From NCBI RefSeq assembly GCF_001194135.2, contig NC_068984.1, positions 98,083,006 through 98,147,005 of the forward strand: 64,000 nt of DNA, read 5' to 3'. The notes under the pieces were generated by a model that did no database searches, was not told where the DNA came from, and worked only from the letters and a program-made list of their open reading frames with translations. The DNA comes from Octopus bimaculoides (lineage: Eukaryota). The position numbers and the translations under genes were made by a program. Below are positions 13,020-25,341 of the stretch, piece by piece. The first letter of the stretch is position 1, and every line of letters starts with the position of its first letter.

Positions 13020-14910
13020 GCGGTACTCTGTCTTATTTTGTCTGATGTCAATTTGTCAAACGTCTTTTCGTCTAATGTCTTTTTGTCTGATAATTTCTTT
13101 GTCCAACATTTTGTCCAATTTTTAATAAACTCTGTAGAAAAGGTGAAATATCTCTAATGATATATTCACAGAACTATAATGAGCCTCATTATTGGATTGT
13201 TATTATCATTCTTTTACCTTTTTTCTCTTAAGTATGGTGCTGTGTATACAGAGTGCTGCAAATTTGGTGTACATATTTTTAATTTACCCATCCCGAAATG
13301 ACAAAGTTCATAGTATTGACCAAAAACAAAAGAAAAGTGGTTGATGAAAGTAATTACATCTAAGATTTTCATTCAGGCAAGACAAAACTAGGAAAAGAAT
13401 ACTGAAGATGTGAGAAAAGAAGGCTGTGGTTCAGTGTTAATTCACACAGTAATGGAAAACAATGTGCCAGCACCTTCAACCCGCTGATGTAGATTGGTTA
13501 AATGCTAGAAAGGCAGATGCAGAAATAAAGCATAAAGCAGTGGAAAACATAGCAGCAAGTTCACGTAGCATAATAGTGGCCAAGATTACACAGCTAACAG
13601 AAAATACTTGCTCTCAACTTCCTCATTTGCCTGTACTTTCAAGGACTATTCAAAGGTGCTGACAAAAAACGTTCTGGATTTCCCGCTAATCCAAGGGTTA
13701 GAACTGGCTTTGAAATACCTGAAGAATATTGTAAACTTGATAATTGCGAACAATTTCTGAAATATGATTCGCATATCAAGGACCAACAGCAGATGCTAGT
13801 ATATGCATCAGAAAGTGCATTTCAGGATATAGCATCATATCGTCATTGGACATGTGATGGAACATTCAAAATTGTGCCAGAACAGTGGTTTCAACTGTTT
13901 TTCATGTACAAGTTAAAAGTAGCAGTTTTCCACAGGTTTTTGCAATACAGTCAAATAAAAGAAAGCAGATATACAAGTTATTTTTTGAGTAGTTGAAAAT
14001 TATGCAACCTAATGCATATCCACTTGATCTCATGGCAGATTTCGAAGTTGCAGTTCATAAGGCATTTAATTCATCATTCCCTAATTCATCTATTGTGGCA
14101 TGTTTGTTTCATTTGAGCCAATCAGTATTTCGAAAAATTAGAGATTTAAGCCTAAAGAAAAATACAGTAAAGACTCTGAATTCTGTCTTAAAATTTGATG
14201 TTTTTCAGCATTAGCTTTCCTAGTCATTGAAGATGTTGAAGAGGCCTATGAAAAATTAATAGACGATGAAGAAATACCTGCTGAATTCATCACTTACTTC
14301 GACTTACATAGGCATTGTGAGAGGACGTGGTGCTAAATGAAGGAAAGAACCACCTACATTCCTGATAATTGCATGGAATGTTAATCAGTGTAATCTTCAA
14401 GATCTTCCCAGAACAAATAATGCGGCGGAGGGGTTTCATTCTGTTCTACCTGCCAAATGCGGGTGGAACACATTTGAATATTTGGAAATTAATCAAAACT
14501 CTGAAGGAAGAGGAAGCATTCATTCAAGGTAAAATGACTCAAATTCTTCGAGCAGATCTGCCAAATTCATGTACACGATATCAAAGAATAACTGAACGCC
14601 TCAAAAGATTGGTCACTGAATATGGGTCAACAAGAAAAATTGATTGTTTGAAGAGTGTGGCACATAATTTGCATCAATTTTAAGTGATCATAATAAATCA
14701 TTAGTTATATCTTATTACATTTTAAAATGACTTCTTTTTAAATACATTTTTCCACAGTATTTTACTTGAATCCTATCAATAAAATTCTCAATGATTATTT
14801 GATTTTGATGTTCACCTTGTTTTCTAAAAAGTTTATTTAAAATTGAACAAAAAGTCGTTGGACCAAAAGAAGTGGACAAAGTGACATCGGATTAAAAATT
14901 GGGTCATGGT
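13020..14910 (+). mobile_element. Decayed MULE (Mutator-like) DNA transposon
   Basis: Frameshifted transposase motifs EY*RCEK (FLYWCH-like), HWTCDGTFKIVPEQWFQLF, DFEVAVHKAFNSSFPNSSIVACLFHLSQ and DLPRTNNAAEGFHS. Imperfect inverted ends with repeated TTTGTC/GACAAA motifs. Confidence 0.85.
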
Positions 14911-16262
14911 GCACATGTGTGTGTGTAATGTACACCAAAAATAATAAGTACTTAATAAATGACCTAGAGTATTTTCATAAATTAGAAAGTTCAATCTGTT
15001 GTTATCTTAAGTTTTCAAGAGGTAAACAGAAATATGCAGTGAGCAAAAATATTTCTAGTCTGATATGGGCAAATATAATAGGATAGGAATGTTGTAGTCT
15101 CACAATATGACTAAGGGCACAGCAATACCATAATACTACTACATATACTGAGAAATATTTGTTATATACATTCGCACGTGTGTGTGTGTGTGTATAGGAA
15201 AAAGAAAACCAAGGAAGACCAACAAAAGTGGTGAAAGCTGATCACAGGATACTTAACTTCATGAAAGAGATGACAAAAGAACATAGCAATAGGACACTGT
15301 GATGGAGAGGACACAATGTAAGTATGGAAAAGCAGCTGTAAAAATGAAGATGGGAGATGATTGATGTTTACATACAAATATGTTTAGGGATACAAGACAG
15401 TCATGATACAATGAAATCTTCATATAGTTATTTATATTTTACATTCAAGGTGTCATGCATATCATTCACATACAGATATTTTATACAATGAAATGCATTT
15501 CAACACAATTTTCCATAAACATAGTAGTAGTAGGAGGAGGAGGAAGAGGAGGATCCAAACAATAACATGTCTGAAAAATATAACCAAACCAATCATTGAA
15601 TAAAGATTATATTCATTGTGTTTAAAATTATAGACCACAGCAGGTCAAATGTTCTGCATTTGATGACAGCTCATAGACAAAAAGTATCTTTCCATTTTTA
15701 AAGAAAATTAGTTTGTGTTGAGTACAGAAAATGTTTGTGGTAAAATGTTGTCAGTGGCACAAGCCCGACTCATTTCAACACCTTGGCAAAATGACTGATT
15801 ATATTCACAGCATGGGTTACCTATCTTAAATTTTTAATGGTTCTTAATATATTATATATTCAATAACAGTTTGTTCAGGACTAACAGTCCTAGGACAAGT
15901 TCTTCTACTTCATCATGCTATTAATAGACACACATACACTATAAGTCTAGTTTATATTCAGATTTTTTTTTTATTTTCACCTCTGAATATGGAGAACAAT
16001 ATAATATATTTTTTAATTAGTTCAATAAAGTTTCTGAATAATCTAACTTATTCCAATCAGTTCTTGGAAAGTATTAGCTTTCATTATAATGATACAACCT
16101 TCAGTTAGCTATTGACTTGAACATTTAAAACTGGTATTTCACCAAATTCTATTCCCATCATCACCCTGCCCATCAAGTTTTTAGACCAGACTGGCTATTT
16201 TAATGGTTTCATGAGTTTCAACACTAAGCACAAGTGTGTATGTGTGTGTGTGTCAATATATA

Positions 16263-17721
16263 TATCATCATCATAATTGTTTAACCTTTGCTTTCCATGC
16301 TAGCATGGGTTGAATGATTTGACTGAGGACTGGTGAACCGGATGGCTACACCAGGCTCCAATCTGATCTGGCAGAGTTTCTCCAGCTGGATGCCCTTCCT
16401 AACGCCAACCACTCCGAGAGTGTCGTGGGTGCTTTTACATGCCACCAGCAACGGCCACGCTCAAAATGGTGTATTTTACGTGCCACCTACACAGGAGCCA
16501 GTCTAGCGGCACTGGCAATGGCCTCGCTCGAATGATTTTCTAACGTGCCACTGGCACAAATGCCAGTAAGGCGACGCTGGTAATGATCACGCTCAGATGG
16601 CGCTATTTACGGGTGACTAGCACAGAAACCAGACAGCTTCTCTGGCAATGATCACGCTTGGGCAGTGCTGTTAGAGCTCCACTGGCACAGGTGCCAGTCA
16701 TCGAATATGGATCGATTACGATTTCAATTTCACTTGCCCCAACAGGTCTTCGGAAACAGAGTTTAGTGTCCAATGAAGGAGAAGTTGGGCATGGGTGCCA
16801 GTCATTGAAATTGGTTCGATTTTGATTTCAAATTCACTTGCCTCAACAGGTCTTCGCAAGCAGAGTTTAGTGTCCAATGAAGTAAAGATACAAATAAATG
16901 AGCTGGCTACACTTCTGGCAGAGGCCACAGATTATGCTCTCACTTGGTTGCCAGGTCTTCTCATGTACTGCATATTTCCAAAGGTCCCGGTCACTAGTCA
17001 TTGCCTCGGTGAGGCCTAAAGTTCGAAGGTCGTGCTGCACCACCTCATCCCAGGTCTTCCTGGGTCTACCTCTTCCACAGGTTCCCTCAACCGCTAGGGT
17101 GTGGTACTTTTTCACACAGCTATTCTCATCCATTCTTGCCACATGTCCATACCAGCGCAATTGTCTCTCTTGCACACCACAACTGATGCTTCTTAGGTCT
17201 AACTTTTCTCTCAAGGTACTTACACTCTGTCGAGTATGCACACTCACATTACACATCCATCGGAACATACTGGCTTCGTTTCTTGCAAGCTTACGCATGT
17301 CCTCAGCAGTCACGGCCCATGTTTCACTGCCATGTAGCCTGGTGGTTCGTACACATGCGTCATACAGTCTGCCTTTTACTCTGAGTGAGAGGTCCTTTGT
17401 CACCAGCAGAGGTAAGAGCTCTCTGAACTTTGCCCACGCTATTCTTATTCTAGCAGCTACACTTTCAGCGCACCTTTTCCCACTACAAACTTGGTCACTT
17501 AGGTAGCGGAAGCTATCAACTACTTCTAGTTTTTCTCCCTGGAGTGTGGCAAAGGTTGTTTTCTGCACATTTTCAGTGTTTATTGCTCCTGAGCTTCTGT
17601 CACATACAAAAACCATCTTGCTAGTTAGCCTTCCTTTGATATTGTTGCACCTCTTATGTGTCCATAGCTTACACTGGGTACATCTTATGGAGTTTCTACC
17701 TACGCCTATCTACAGATCGAG
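16263..17721 (-). mobile_element. RTE-clade (BovB-like) LINE, 3' 1.46 kb: PHD-like finger, RT thumb/C-terminus, 3'UTR, (GAT)n tail
   Basis: ORF 16867-17616 has FRYL, ARIRIAWAKFRELLPLL, LHGSETWA, LRWYGHVARM and GRGRPRKTWDEVV. The 3'UTR contains a diverged tandem duplication of about 90 bp (about 16691-16779 and 16793-16881). Confidence 0.9.
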
Positions 17722-17732
17722 TATATACATAC

Positions 17733-17763
<31 letters not shown>

Positions 17764-17773
17764 NNNNNNNNNN

Positions 17774-17841
<68 letters not shown>

Positions 17842-18597
17842 ATCAGTACTTTACAAGCTATTATGTATCAAATTAAACACATAGGATACATATGCCATCA
17901 GGTTCAAAGGCACCCTGCATGTAAGTCTCTTTACATTAAAAACTTTTTTGTTGAAGAAGAAGCATCATGCTCAGATATCTACAAAATGAATAACTTTTAA
18001 ATACTAATATGTATAGCAACTCTAAAAAATTAAATTCCTGGGTAAAGTCGTTAATAGTGATATAAAGATGGGTAGGTGGTTTTTATGCAGCAAAACTTGG
18101 TTGGCTACTGATTCTTGTATGTACATATTGGTCATGTCGGGTTGTTCTTCAGAGCTACTGGTAACACAAGTAAGCCTGCTAGGTAAGTAGGGTGGTTTTG
18201 GGACACCCTACAAGATAAAAAATAAAAAGGAGTGAGTGAATTCAGGAGAGTCAATAACCAACCATTCAATTATATATGTATAGAAATTTCTGGTTATGTA
18301 CTTAGACTCTAAGTTGTGGCAAAGGCAATTATCTTAGGAAATGGAGAGAAAAGCCTGAGAAATATTGTTTTTTGAGTTTGTGGCGAACATTTAAACTGAG
18401 TTTGTTATCACCATTTCCTAAAAGTGTGGCTGGTTATACACAAGGCTTCAACACAGAAAACAAATAATCTGTGTGGGTAGTCAACAGCTATGGCTATTAA
18501 ATCCTCATATATTGAAACTGATGGGAGAATCCATCATTAATATAGTGATGGATTTTAACTTTTTTAATTTATGTCCCAATAGGTGATTTTTAGTTTT

Positions 18598-18706
18598 TAG
18601 ATTGGAGCCTGGTGTTGCCATCCGGTTTCACCAGTCCTCAGTCAAATCGTCCAACCCATGCTAGCATGGAAAGCGGACGTTAAACGATGCTGATGATGAT
18701 GATGAT
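18598..18706 (+). mobile_element. Young, short RTE LINE 3' end
   Basis: 87 of 89 nt identical to the reverse complement of about 23907-23995; (GAT)n tail. Confidence 0.9.
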
Positions 18707-18949
18707 TCCAATTGTTGATTACAGCCTTCCAATGAGCTAATCACTGGTTTGCTGAATTTCTGCTGGTGAAAGTGACAAGGAATTGTATGTGTAATGTGGG
18801 CAGACTAAATACCACAGTATTTTCATTTAAAAGCATTGTACGTTTTGCCTCTCTCTTCTCAGTGAAATATATCAGTGAATGATACACACAGGGTGTATGG
18901 AATATAACATCACACCTGTTCTTACAAACATTAAAAAAAGAGAAGTATG

Positions 18950-19215
18950 GAAATACAGTTATGAGAATTTATTGAAGAAAGAGAATCTAGGAGAGAAAGG
19001 TTTTCCAGCACAGACTCAGTAGAAGTTTCAGCCATTCAAATTGATATAACTGCTGTCATCTTTCTATTGAGACAACTGCAGAGCAATTAGGAATAAATCA
19101 CTCTACTTTGCATTTGTCAATCTAGAAGCCTTTGACAGAATCTCATGCTATGTGATCTGGTGGTCACTGAGGGCTAGATGAATGTTTTGTGAGGGCAATA
19201 CAAACTCTATGCACA
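18950..19215 (+). mobile_element. RTE reverse transcriptase fragment (decayed)
   Basis: Translates approximately as IFLLRQLQ..LYFAFVNLE.AFDRI..VIWWSL, the RTE RT core region. Confidence 0.55.
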
Positions 19216-20436
19216 TGTACGGCTGTTGATGCTGCAATCTTTTGCATAGTTTTCATCTGCTAAATTTCAACCACCAAATGGTGAGTAGGGTGGTTCAGAA
19301 GACAGTGCCCAAGGAGCTACACAGCAGGATTTAACCAGGAAACACAAGATTGTGAAAGAAACATCTTTACAACACAGCTATGCTTAGAATCTTTTTCTGT
19401 AATGTTAAAAAGACACCTGCATGATTATGAAAGGTGACCAATCAAAGAAGACTATATTATCTTAAAAGGATATTAAACTGTCTTAGTTTAACCTTAATAC
19501 AAAAACTTCAAGTCGAATAATGAGGGGAGAAAAAAAGGTGCAACTCACTAAACTCTGAATTTTCCTCTTTACAGACTAATCCTTCGATCATAAATCACTA
19601 AATACACATAGCCGTTTTAACTAACTAACACACATTCTCTTAAATAGTAAATAAGATCATATTTTCAGTCTGTCAGTAGTTACCTCATTATCATTACAAA
19701 ATAAACTCACAGTTTACTTTATAAATATTGGTGGATTACATGACAGAAAACTTGCAGCTTGTATGCATCTTCAAAGCAATTTTTGTTTGTAGAGTGTAGT
19801 TCATTGAAGTTACTCTTTTAGAGTCACTGACTCTGGTATGTGTAATGGAGCATACATGAAAAGTAAAACTACAAGTGAATGAAACTGAGACATTCTTTCT
19901 ATATTATACTACATATAGATAAGTAGTGGCTTAATTAATAAAATGTTATGAAATTAAAACAAGGTTTCTCTTAAATGGAGAACAAAAAATTAAGAGGGTA
20001 AACAGTGACTAAAATGGAATGTTCTTTTACACAGCGAAAAAAAAATACCTTAATGAACTGACAGGATGGTATATGGACCACTGATAAAACAAATGGTAAT
20101 TTTCAGCAATTTAAAAAAAATTAAAGAAATAAAATAAAATTAACAGCTGATTAGGAACAAAAACTGATGCTTTAAATTCCTTTTTTATATTTTTAGATAA
20201 AATAGTGCCTCTGATCATTGTAAGCCCACCCACCAGATTCATGAAGTACATGAATATCTGTAGGTCAGTGTATAAAACAGATGGAGAGGGGAATACCAAA
20301 GGGTTACAATCTCAGGAGGAAATAGTAGAATGAGTATTTAGTGTGTTGCTGCTTAACCTCAACTCAGTTATGACTAAGCATGCTACCTGTGATCATCCTG
20401 AATTTTCATATTTCTTTCTGCCTGTGCATATACTCT

Positions 20437-20760
20437 TTTACTTGTTTCAGTCATTTGACTGCGGCCATGCTGGAGCACTGCCTTTAGTCAAGCAAAATCG
20501 ACCCCAGGACTTATTCTTTGGATGCCTAGTACTTATTCTATCGGTCTCTTTTGCCGAACCGCTAAGTTACGGGGACCTAAACACACCACCATCGGTTGTC
20601 CAGCGATGTTGGGGGGACAAACACAGACACACAAACATATACACACCTATACATATATACGACAGGCTTCTTTTCAGTTTCTGTCTACCAAATCCACTCA
20701 CAAGGCTTTGGTCGGCTCGAGGCTATAGTAGAAGACACTTACCCAAGATGCCACGCAGTG
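20437..20760 (-). mobile_element. SINE family A, 5' head lost at a (TA)n tract
   Basis: Reverse complement of the family A body and its ...gaaacaagtaaaagag tail. Confidence 0.9.
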
Positions 20761-20768
20761 ATATATAC

Positions 20769-20822
<54 letters not shown>

Positions 20823-20945
20823 TAGCAGAAGCAGCTGGTGTTACCTGGAAATGAAATTGTTCCTTATATATTGGAAGAAAAAAAGCAAAATATGTTGCAT
20901 AGAAATTTGTAATTCTAAATTCAATTTATTCTTCAAAAACCAATT

Positions 20946-20977
<32 letters not shown>

Positions 20978-20989
20978 ATAACAACAAAA

Positions 20990-21390
20990 CAAAAAATTTG
21001 ATAATATGCACAGTGTTATTCTGAAAGAAGTTTAGGTTTATGTTCATTCAAAAATGCAGCCAAGTCTGTGATGTCATAATTTGTCTCTCTTGCTATATCT
21101 CTTGAAGTTAAATTACTAATTTGGTGGTTTGTTTTTGGCAGTCCAGAGTCAGACTCTTGCAAATTTTTGCTTTGCACAGCCAAAACTTGATCTGCAATTT
21201 CAATCATTGCTTGGTTAATAATTGTTTCAGAGAACTGAATATTGATATCTGGATTTGCCTGCTGAACTGCATATTTAAGACCTCAGCCATGTCTTCATGA
21301 TGTTTCATCCAAAGCTGTAGTGGACTGCCAAGTTGACACATGTTCAGTATAATTGCGAGCATGTGATTGTCAGTGGGTACTTGCTATTGA
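20990..21390 (-). mobile_element. Helitron RepHel remnant, pre-helicase segment
   Basis: LAIILNMCQLGSPLQLWMKHHEDMAE..INQAMIEIADQVL..GLP..RETNYDITDLAAFLNEHKPKLLSE*HCAYYQI resembles the Helitron region just before the PIF1 Walker A motif. Confidence 0.65.
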
Positions 21391-22049
21391 TGAAGTCCCA
21401 AAAGGCAGAAATACACATCTAGCAATACCATTACCACTGCTGGATTATTTTCTTTTGCTACTGATATATTTGTGTCTTTAAAAACACTACAACCATAGGA
21501 GATATTATCTCTGCAGGACGAATACCACAGTCAGCTAGGCTTTCTGTATTGTATCTACATTTAGTATGATAAAAAGATTGCTATTTTACACTAATACTGC
21601 TTCTGTTGCACATAGCAAATTATTATCCATTCAATAGAGAATGTTCACATCATTTCTTTCCAGGCTTCATAAATCTCTGCATTCAAGGCCCATCTGACTA
21701 TTATACAGCATTACAGTTCACACACTAGCATCATACAATCTGCCCTTCACTCTGGGGTAGGAAACTCTTTATTGCAAGCAAATATAGAAGATTTTTTAAC
21801 TTTTAGAACACCCACTTCCAGTGCTAATTAGATCATCAAAATCACAGAAGCTATTAATGATTTCCAAGGAGCCTTATGAACATCTGAAATAATTTATTTC
21901 TCATGCGCTCTTAATGTTTATATTACCTGTGCATTTACTGTATACAAAGTGTAAGAAATTTCAGAACAATTCATACATTTGTAATACATATATTACATAA
22001 TATATACATGCCCCACACATACATGAACATAAATCCTCATCATTATTGT

Positions 22050-22388
22050 AGGAGTGGCTGTGTGATAAGTAGCTTGCTTACCAACCACATGGTTCCGGGT
22101 TCAGTCCCATTGTGTGGCACCTTGGGCAAGTGTCTTCTACTATAGCCTTGGGCCAATCAAAGCCTAGAGAGTGGATTTGTGTGTCTTTGTTTGTCACTCC
22201 AACATCACTTGACAACCGATTCTGTTGTGTTTATGTCCCCGTAACTTAGCGGTTTGGCAAAAGAGACCGACAGAATAAGTACTAGGCTTACAAAGAATAA
22301 GTCCTGGGGCTGATTTGCTCGACTAAAGGTGGTGCTCCAGCATGGCCACAGTCAAATGACAGAAACAAGTAAAAGAGTAAAAGAGTAA
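22050..22388 (+). mobile_element. SINE family A with a central deletion, inside the Helitron
   Basis: aggagtggctgtgtgataagtagc head through aaacaagtaaaagagtaaaagag tail. Confidence 0.9.
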
Positions 22389-23110
22389 TGCTTCAGTCAA
22401 TACAAGGTCCCAATGCTCATCATTTTCTAAAAAAACCTTGTTGAAGCATGCTTCCCAATAGGTTTCACACACATGACCATTTACCCTCCTTGAATCTTGG
22501 AATGGTTTGAGACCAGATACTTCATGCAAAAGGAGCTGTAAGTAGTAGCATTCTGCCTGGTTTGTGGGGACACTGTAAACTCTTGCAAGAGCATCAGCCC
22601 ATTTCCTCTTGTGCCATTTATTGTTTCTCCAGGAGTAATACTTGGGTAATTGTGGGTAAAGGAGTTTCTTGCATCTTCATCTACATGACACAACTTAAAA
22701 AAGGCAGTAAGGGTAGTTTCTTTCAGAGAAAGTACTTGTTGCAAGGCTGTTTGTTTTGTTAAGATAACCCTGTGGCCATTCTCTAGATGGACACTCAAAT
22801 GATGGCTGGGTGCCTCACATGAATGGGAAAATTGAAGATGTGCCAAAAGGCCTATTTGGTACTGATGTATCTTCCTCTGTCATACTGTGCATACTCATCA
22901 TTTTTATTTATCTGATAACTGCCATTCTGTATAAGAGTGTATGTTGCAGCATCTAAACCTTTGTTTACATATTTGCAAACATACTTAACAGAGTTGCAGA
23001 ATTCAACATCAACTATAGCTACCTGTACTTGTCTTTGCTTCACTGTAGAATACTGATCATCGAAATCTACCCTGACTCTTCTTGTAGAGACTGAGAACAT
23101 TGTTCTCGGA
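22389..23110 (-). mobile_element. Helitron RepHel remnant, Rep C-terminal region
   Basis: VEFCNSVKYVCKYVNKG, NDEYAQYDRGRYIS, LSVHLENGHRV, TTLTAFFKLC and YWEAC..LENDEHWDLVLTEA are characteristic Helitron motifs. Confidence 0.8.
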
Positions 23111-23289
23111 AACTTTTTCGAAAATTGAAATGAGGATTAAATGAAAAAATGAGTTACGTGATGATCTTTACAAGAGTGATTGAAATAAATGGCAATTGTG
23201 GAACACCCTATGCATACACACACAAAGTATCAAACATCAGATGAAATGGACATGTGTGTGTGTGTGTGAAAGAGAAAGAGAGAGAGTGG

Positions 23290-23810
23290 ATGTATATAAT
23301 GCATATAAACAGTTGGACTACAGCTATAGATTGGAGTAATTTCTGCTGTGGAATATGCGATGTTTAGCTTCAACAGAATCCAATGGAAATCAGTGGTGTT
23401 GATGGTAATGGGCAACCAGTAGTTGTGGAAATTAATGTAAGTTATTTCATCAAAAATATGATTGAGGTGAGTGGCGCCCTGAGCATTGGGTATTTGGTGG
23501 TATAGAAAGAGTTTCAAAGAAATGTTTCTTAGTTCAAGTGCCTAACAACATTGGAAGCTTAAATGATGGGGAGTATTCTCACGAAGTGATTGTACATGTA
23601 GAAAATTTTGTCAGTCCTGCAAACAAGGACATTCACACACAAAACGTTGAAAGTATGTGGAGGCATGTTAAATGGAAATTACAACGTCAATTTGGAACAT
23701 CAGATAAATTGTTTGTGTCCTATTTAGATGAATTCATATGGCATAATTCAATGGAGAAGAGCAAGGCATTTGTTCACTTTTTGATTGCTATATCCAGTGT
23801 TTACTAGTTA
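23290..23810 (+). mobile_element. Merlin (IS1016/ISXO2-like) transposase remnant with an internal deletion
   Basis: VVEIN.SYF.QKY..GEWRPEHWVFGGIERVSKKCFLVQVPN, then YSHEVIVHVENFVSP..HTQNVESMWRHVK..YLDEFIW. The usual middle block (IxPGTxIxSDxW) is missing. Confidence 0.75.
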
Positions 23811-23885
23811 TCTCGCCCTTAATTTCTATTTACTTTTTTTTTTACATCCCTAGACTGAATAATTACCATATTTATGTATGCAAAT

Positions 23886-25341
23886 ATCATCATCATCATC
23901 ATCATCATCGTTTAACGTCCGCTTTCCATGCTAGCATGGGTTGGACGATTTGACTGAGGACTGGTGAAACCAGATGGCAACACCGGGCTCCAATCTAATT
24001 TGGCAGAGTTTCTACAGCTGGATGCCCTTCCTAACGCCAACCACTCAGAGAGTGTAGTGGGTGCTTTTACGTGTCACCCGCACGAAAACGGCCACGCTCG
24101 AAATGGTGTCTTTTGTGTGCCACCCGCACAAGCCAGTCCAGGGGCACTGGCAACGATCTCACTCGAAAATCCTACGNNNNNNNNNNNNNNNNNNNNNNNN
24201 NNNNNNNNNNNNNNNNNNNNNNNNNNNNNNNNNNNNNNNNNNNNNNNNNNNNNNNNNNNNNNNNNNNNNNNNNNNNNNNNNNNNNNNNNNNNNNNNNNNN
24301 NNNNNNNNNNNNNNNNNNNNNNNNNNNNNNNNNNNNNNNNNNNNNNNNNNNNNNNNNNNNNNNNNNNNNNNNNNNNNNNNNNNNNNNNNNNNNNNNNNNN
24401 NNNNNNNNNNNNNNNNNNNNNNNNNNNNNNNNNNNNNNNNNNNNNNNNNNNNNNNNNNNNNNNNNNNNNNNNNNNNNNNNNNNNNNNNNNNNNNNNNNNN
24501 NNNNNNNNNNNNNNNNNNNNNNNNNNNNNNNNNNNNNNNNNNNNNNNNNNNNNNNNNNNNNNNNNNNNNNNNNNNNNNNNNNNNNNNNNNNNNNNNNNNN
24601 NNNNNNNNNNNNNNNNNNNNNNNNNNNNNNNNNNNNNNNNNNNNNNNNNNNNNNNNNNNNNNNNNNNNNNNNNNNNNNNNNNNNNNNNNNNNNNNNNNNN
24701 NNNNNNNNNNNNNNNNNNNNNNNNNNNNNNNNNNNNNNNNNNNNNNNNNNNNNNNNNNNNNNNNNNNNNNNNNNNNNNNNNNNNNNNNNNNNNNNNNNNN
24801 NNNNNNNNNNNNNNNNNNNNNNNNNNNNNNNNNNNNNNNNNNNNNNNNNNNNNNNNNNNNNNNNNNNNNNNNNNNNNNNNNNNNNNNNNNNNNNNNNNNN
24901 NNNNNNNNNNNNNNNNNNNNNNNNNNNNNNNNNNNNNNNNNNNNNNNNNNNNNNNNNNNNNNNNNNNNNNNNNNNNNNNNNNNNNNNNNNNNNNNNNNNN
25001 NNNNNNGCACCGGGTACATCTTATAGAGTTACTACCTACTCCTTTTCTACATACTGAGCAGGGCTATCTACCTGAAGGGGTTTGTGTTTTATCTACCTTC
25101 CTACTTATTAGGATTTTGGTTTTAGCTAGGTTGACTCTAAGGCCCTTCAATTCTAGACCTTGCTTCCACACCTGAAACTTCTCCTCTAGTTCTGATAGTG
25201 ACTCCGCAATTAGGGCAAGGTCATCAGCATAGAGGAGCTCCCAGGGGCAACCTGTCTTGAACTCCTCTGTGATTGCCTGGAGGACTATAATAAATAAGAG
25301 GGGGCTGAGGACGGAACCTTGGTGGACCCCTACCTCTAATA
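23886..25341 (-). mobile_element. RTE-clade (BovB-like) LINE spanning an assembly gap; RT core plus 3' end
   Basis: GVHQGSVLSPLLF, LLYADDLAL, GLRVNLAKTK, then PSGR*PCSVCRKGVGSNSIRCTRC. 3' end and tail at 23886-24176; Ns at 24177-25006. Confidence 0.9.

Noticed and set aside
16898-17506. 202-aa plus-strand ORF
   Set aside because: Antisense shadow of the RTE ORF2, with no independent protein features.
23964-25175. Long ORFs spanning N runs (also near 33.4-34.4 kb, 56.6-57.2 kb and 62.9-63.7 kb)
   Set aside because: They are open only because Ns contain no stop codons.
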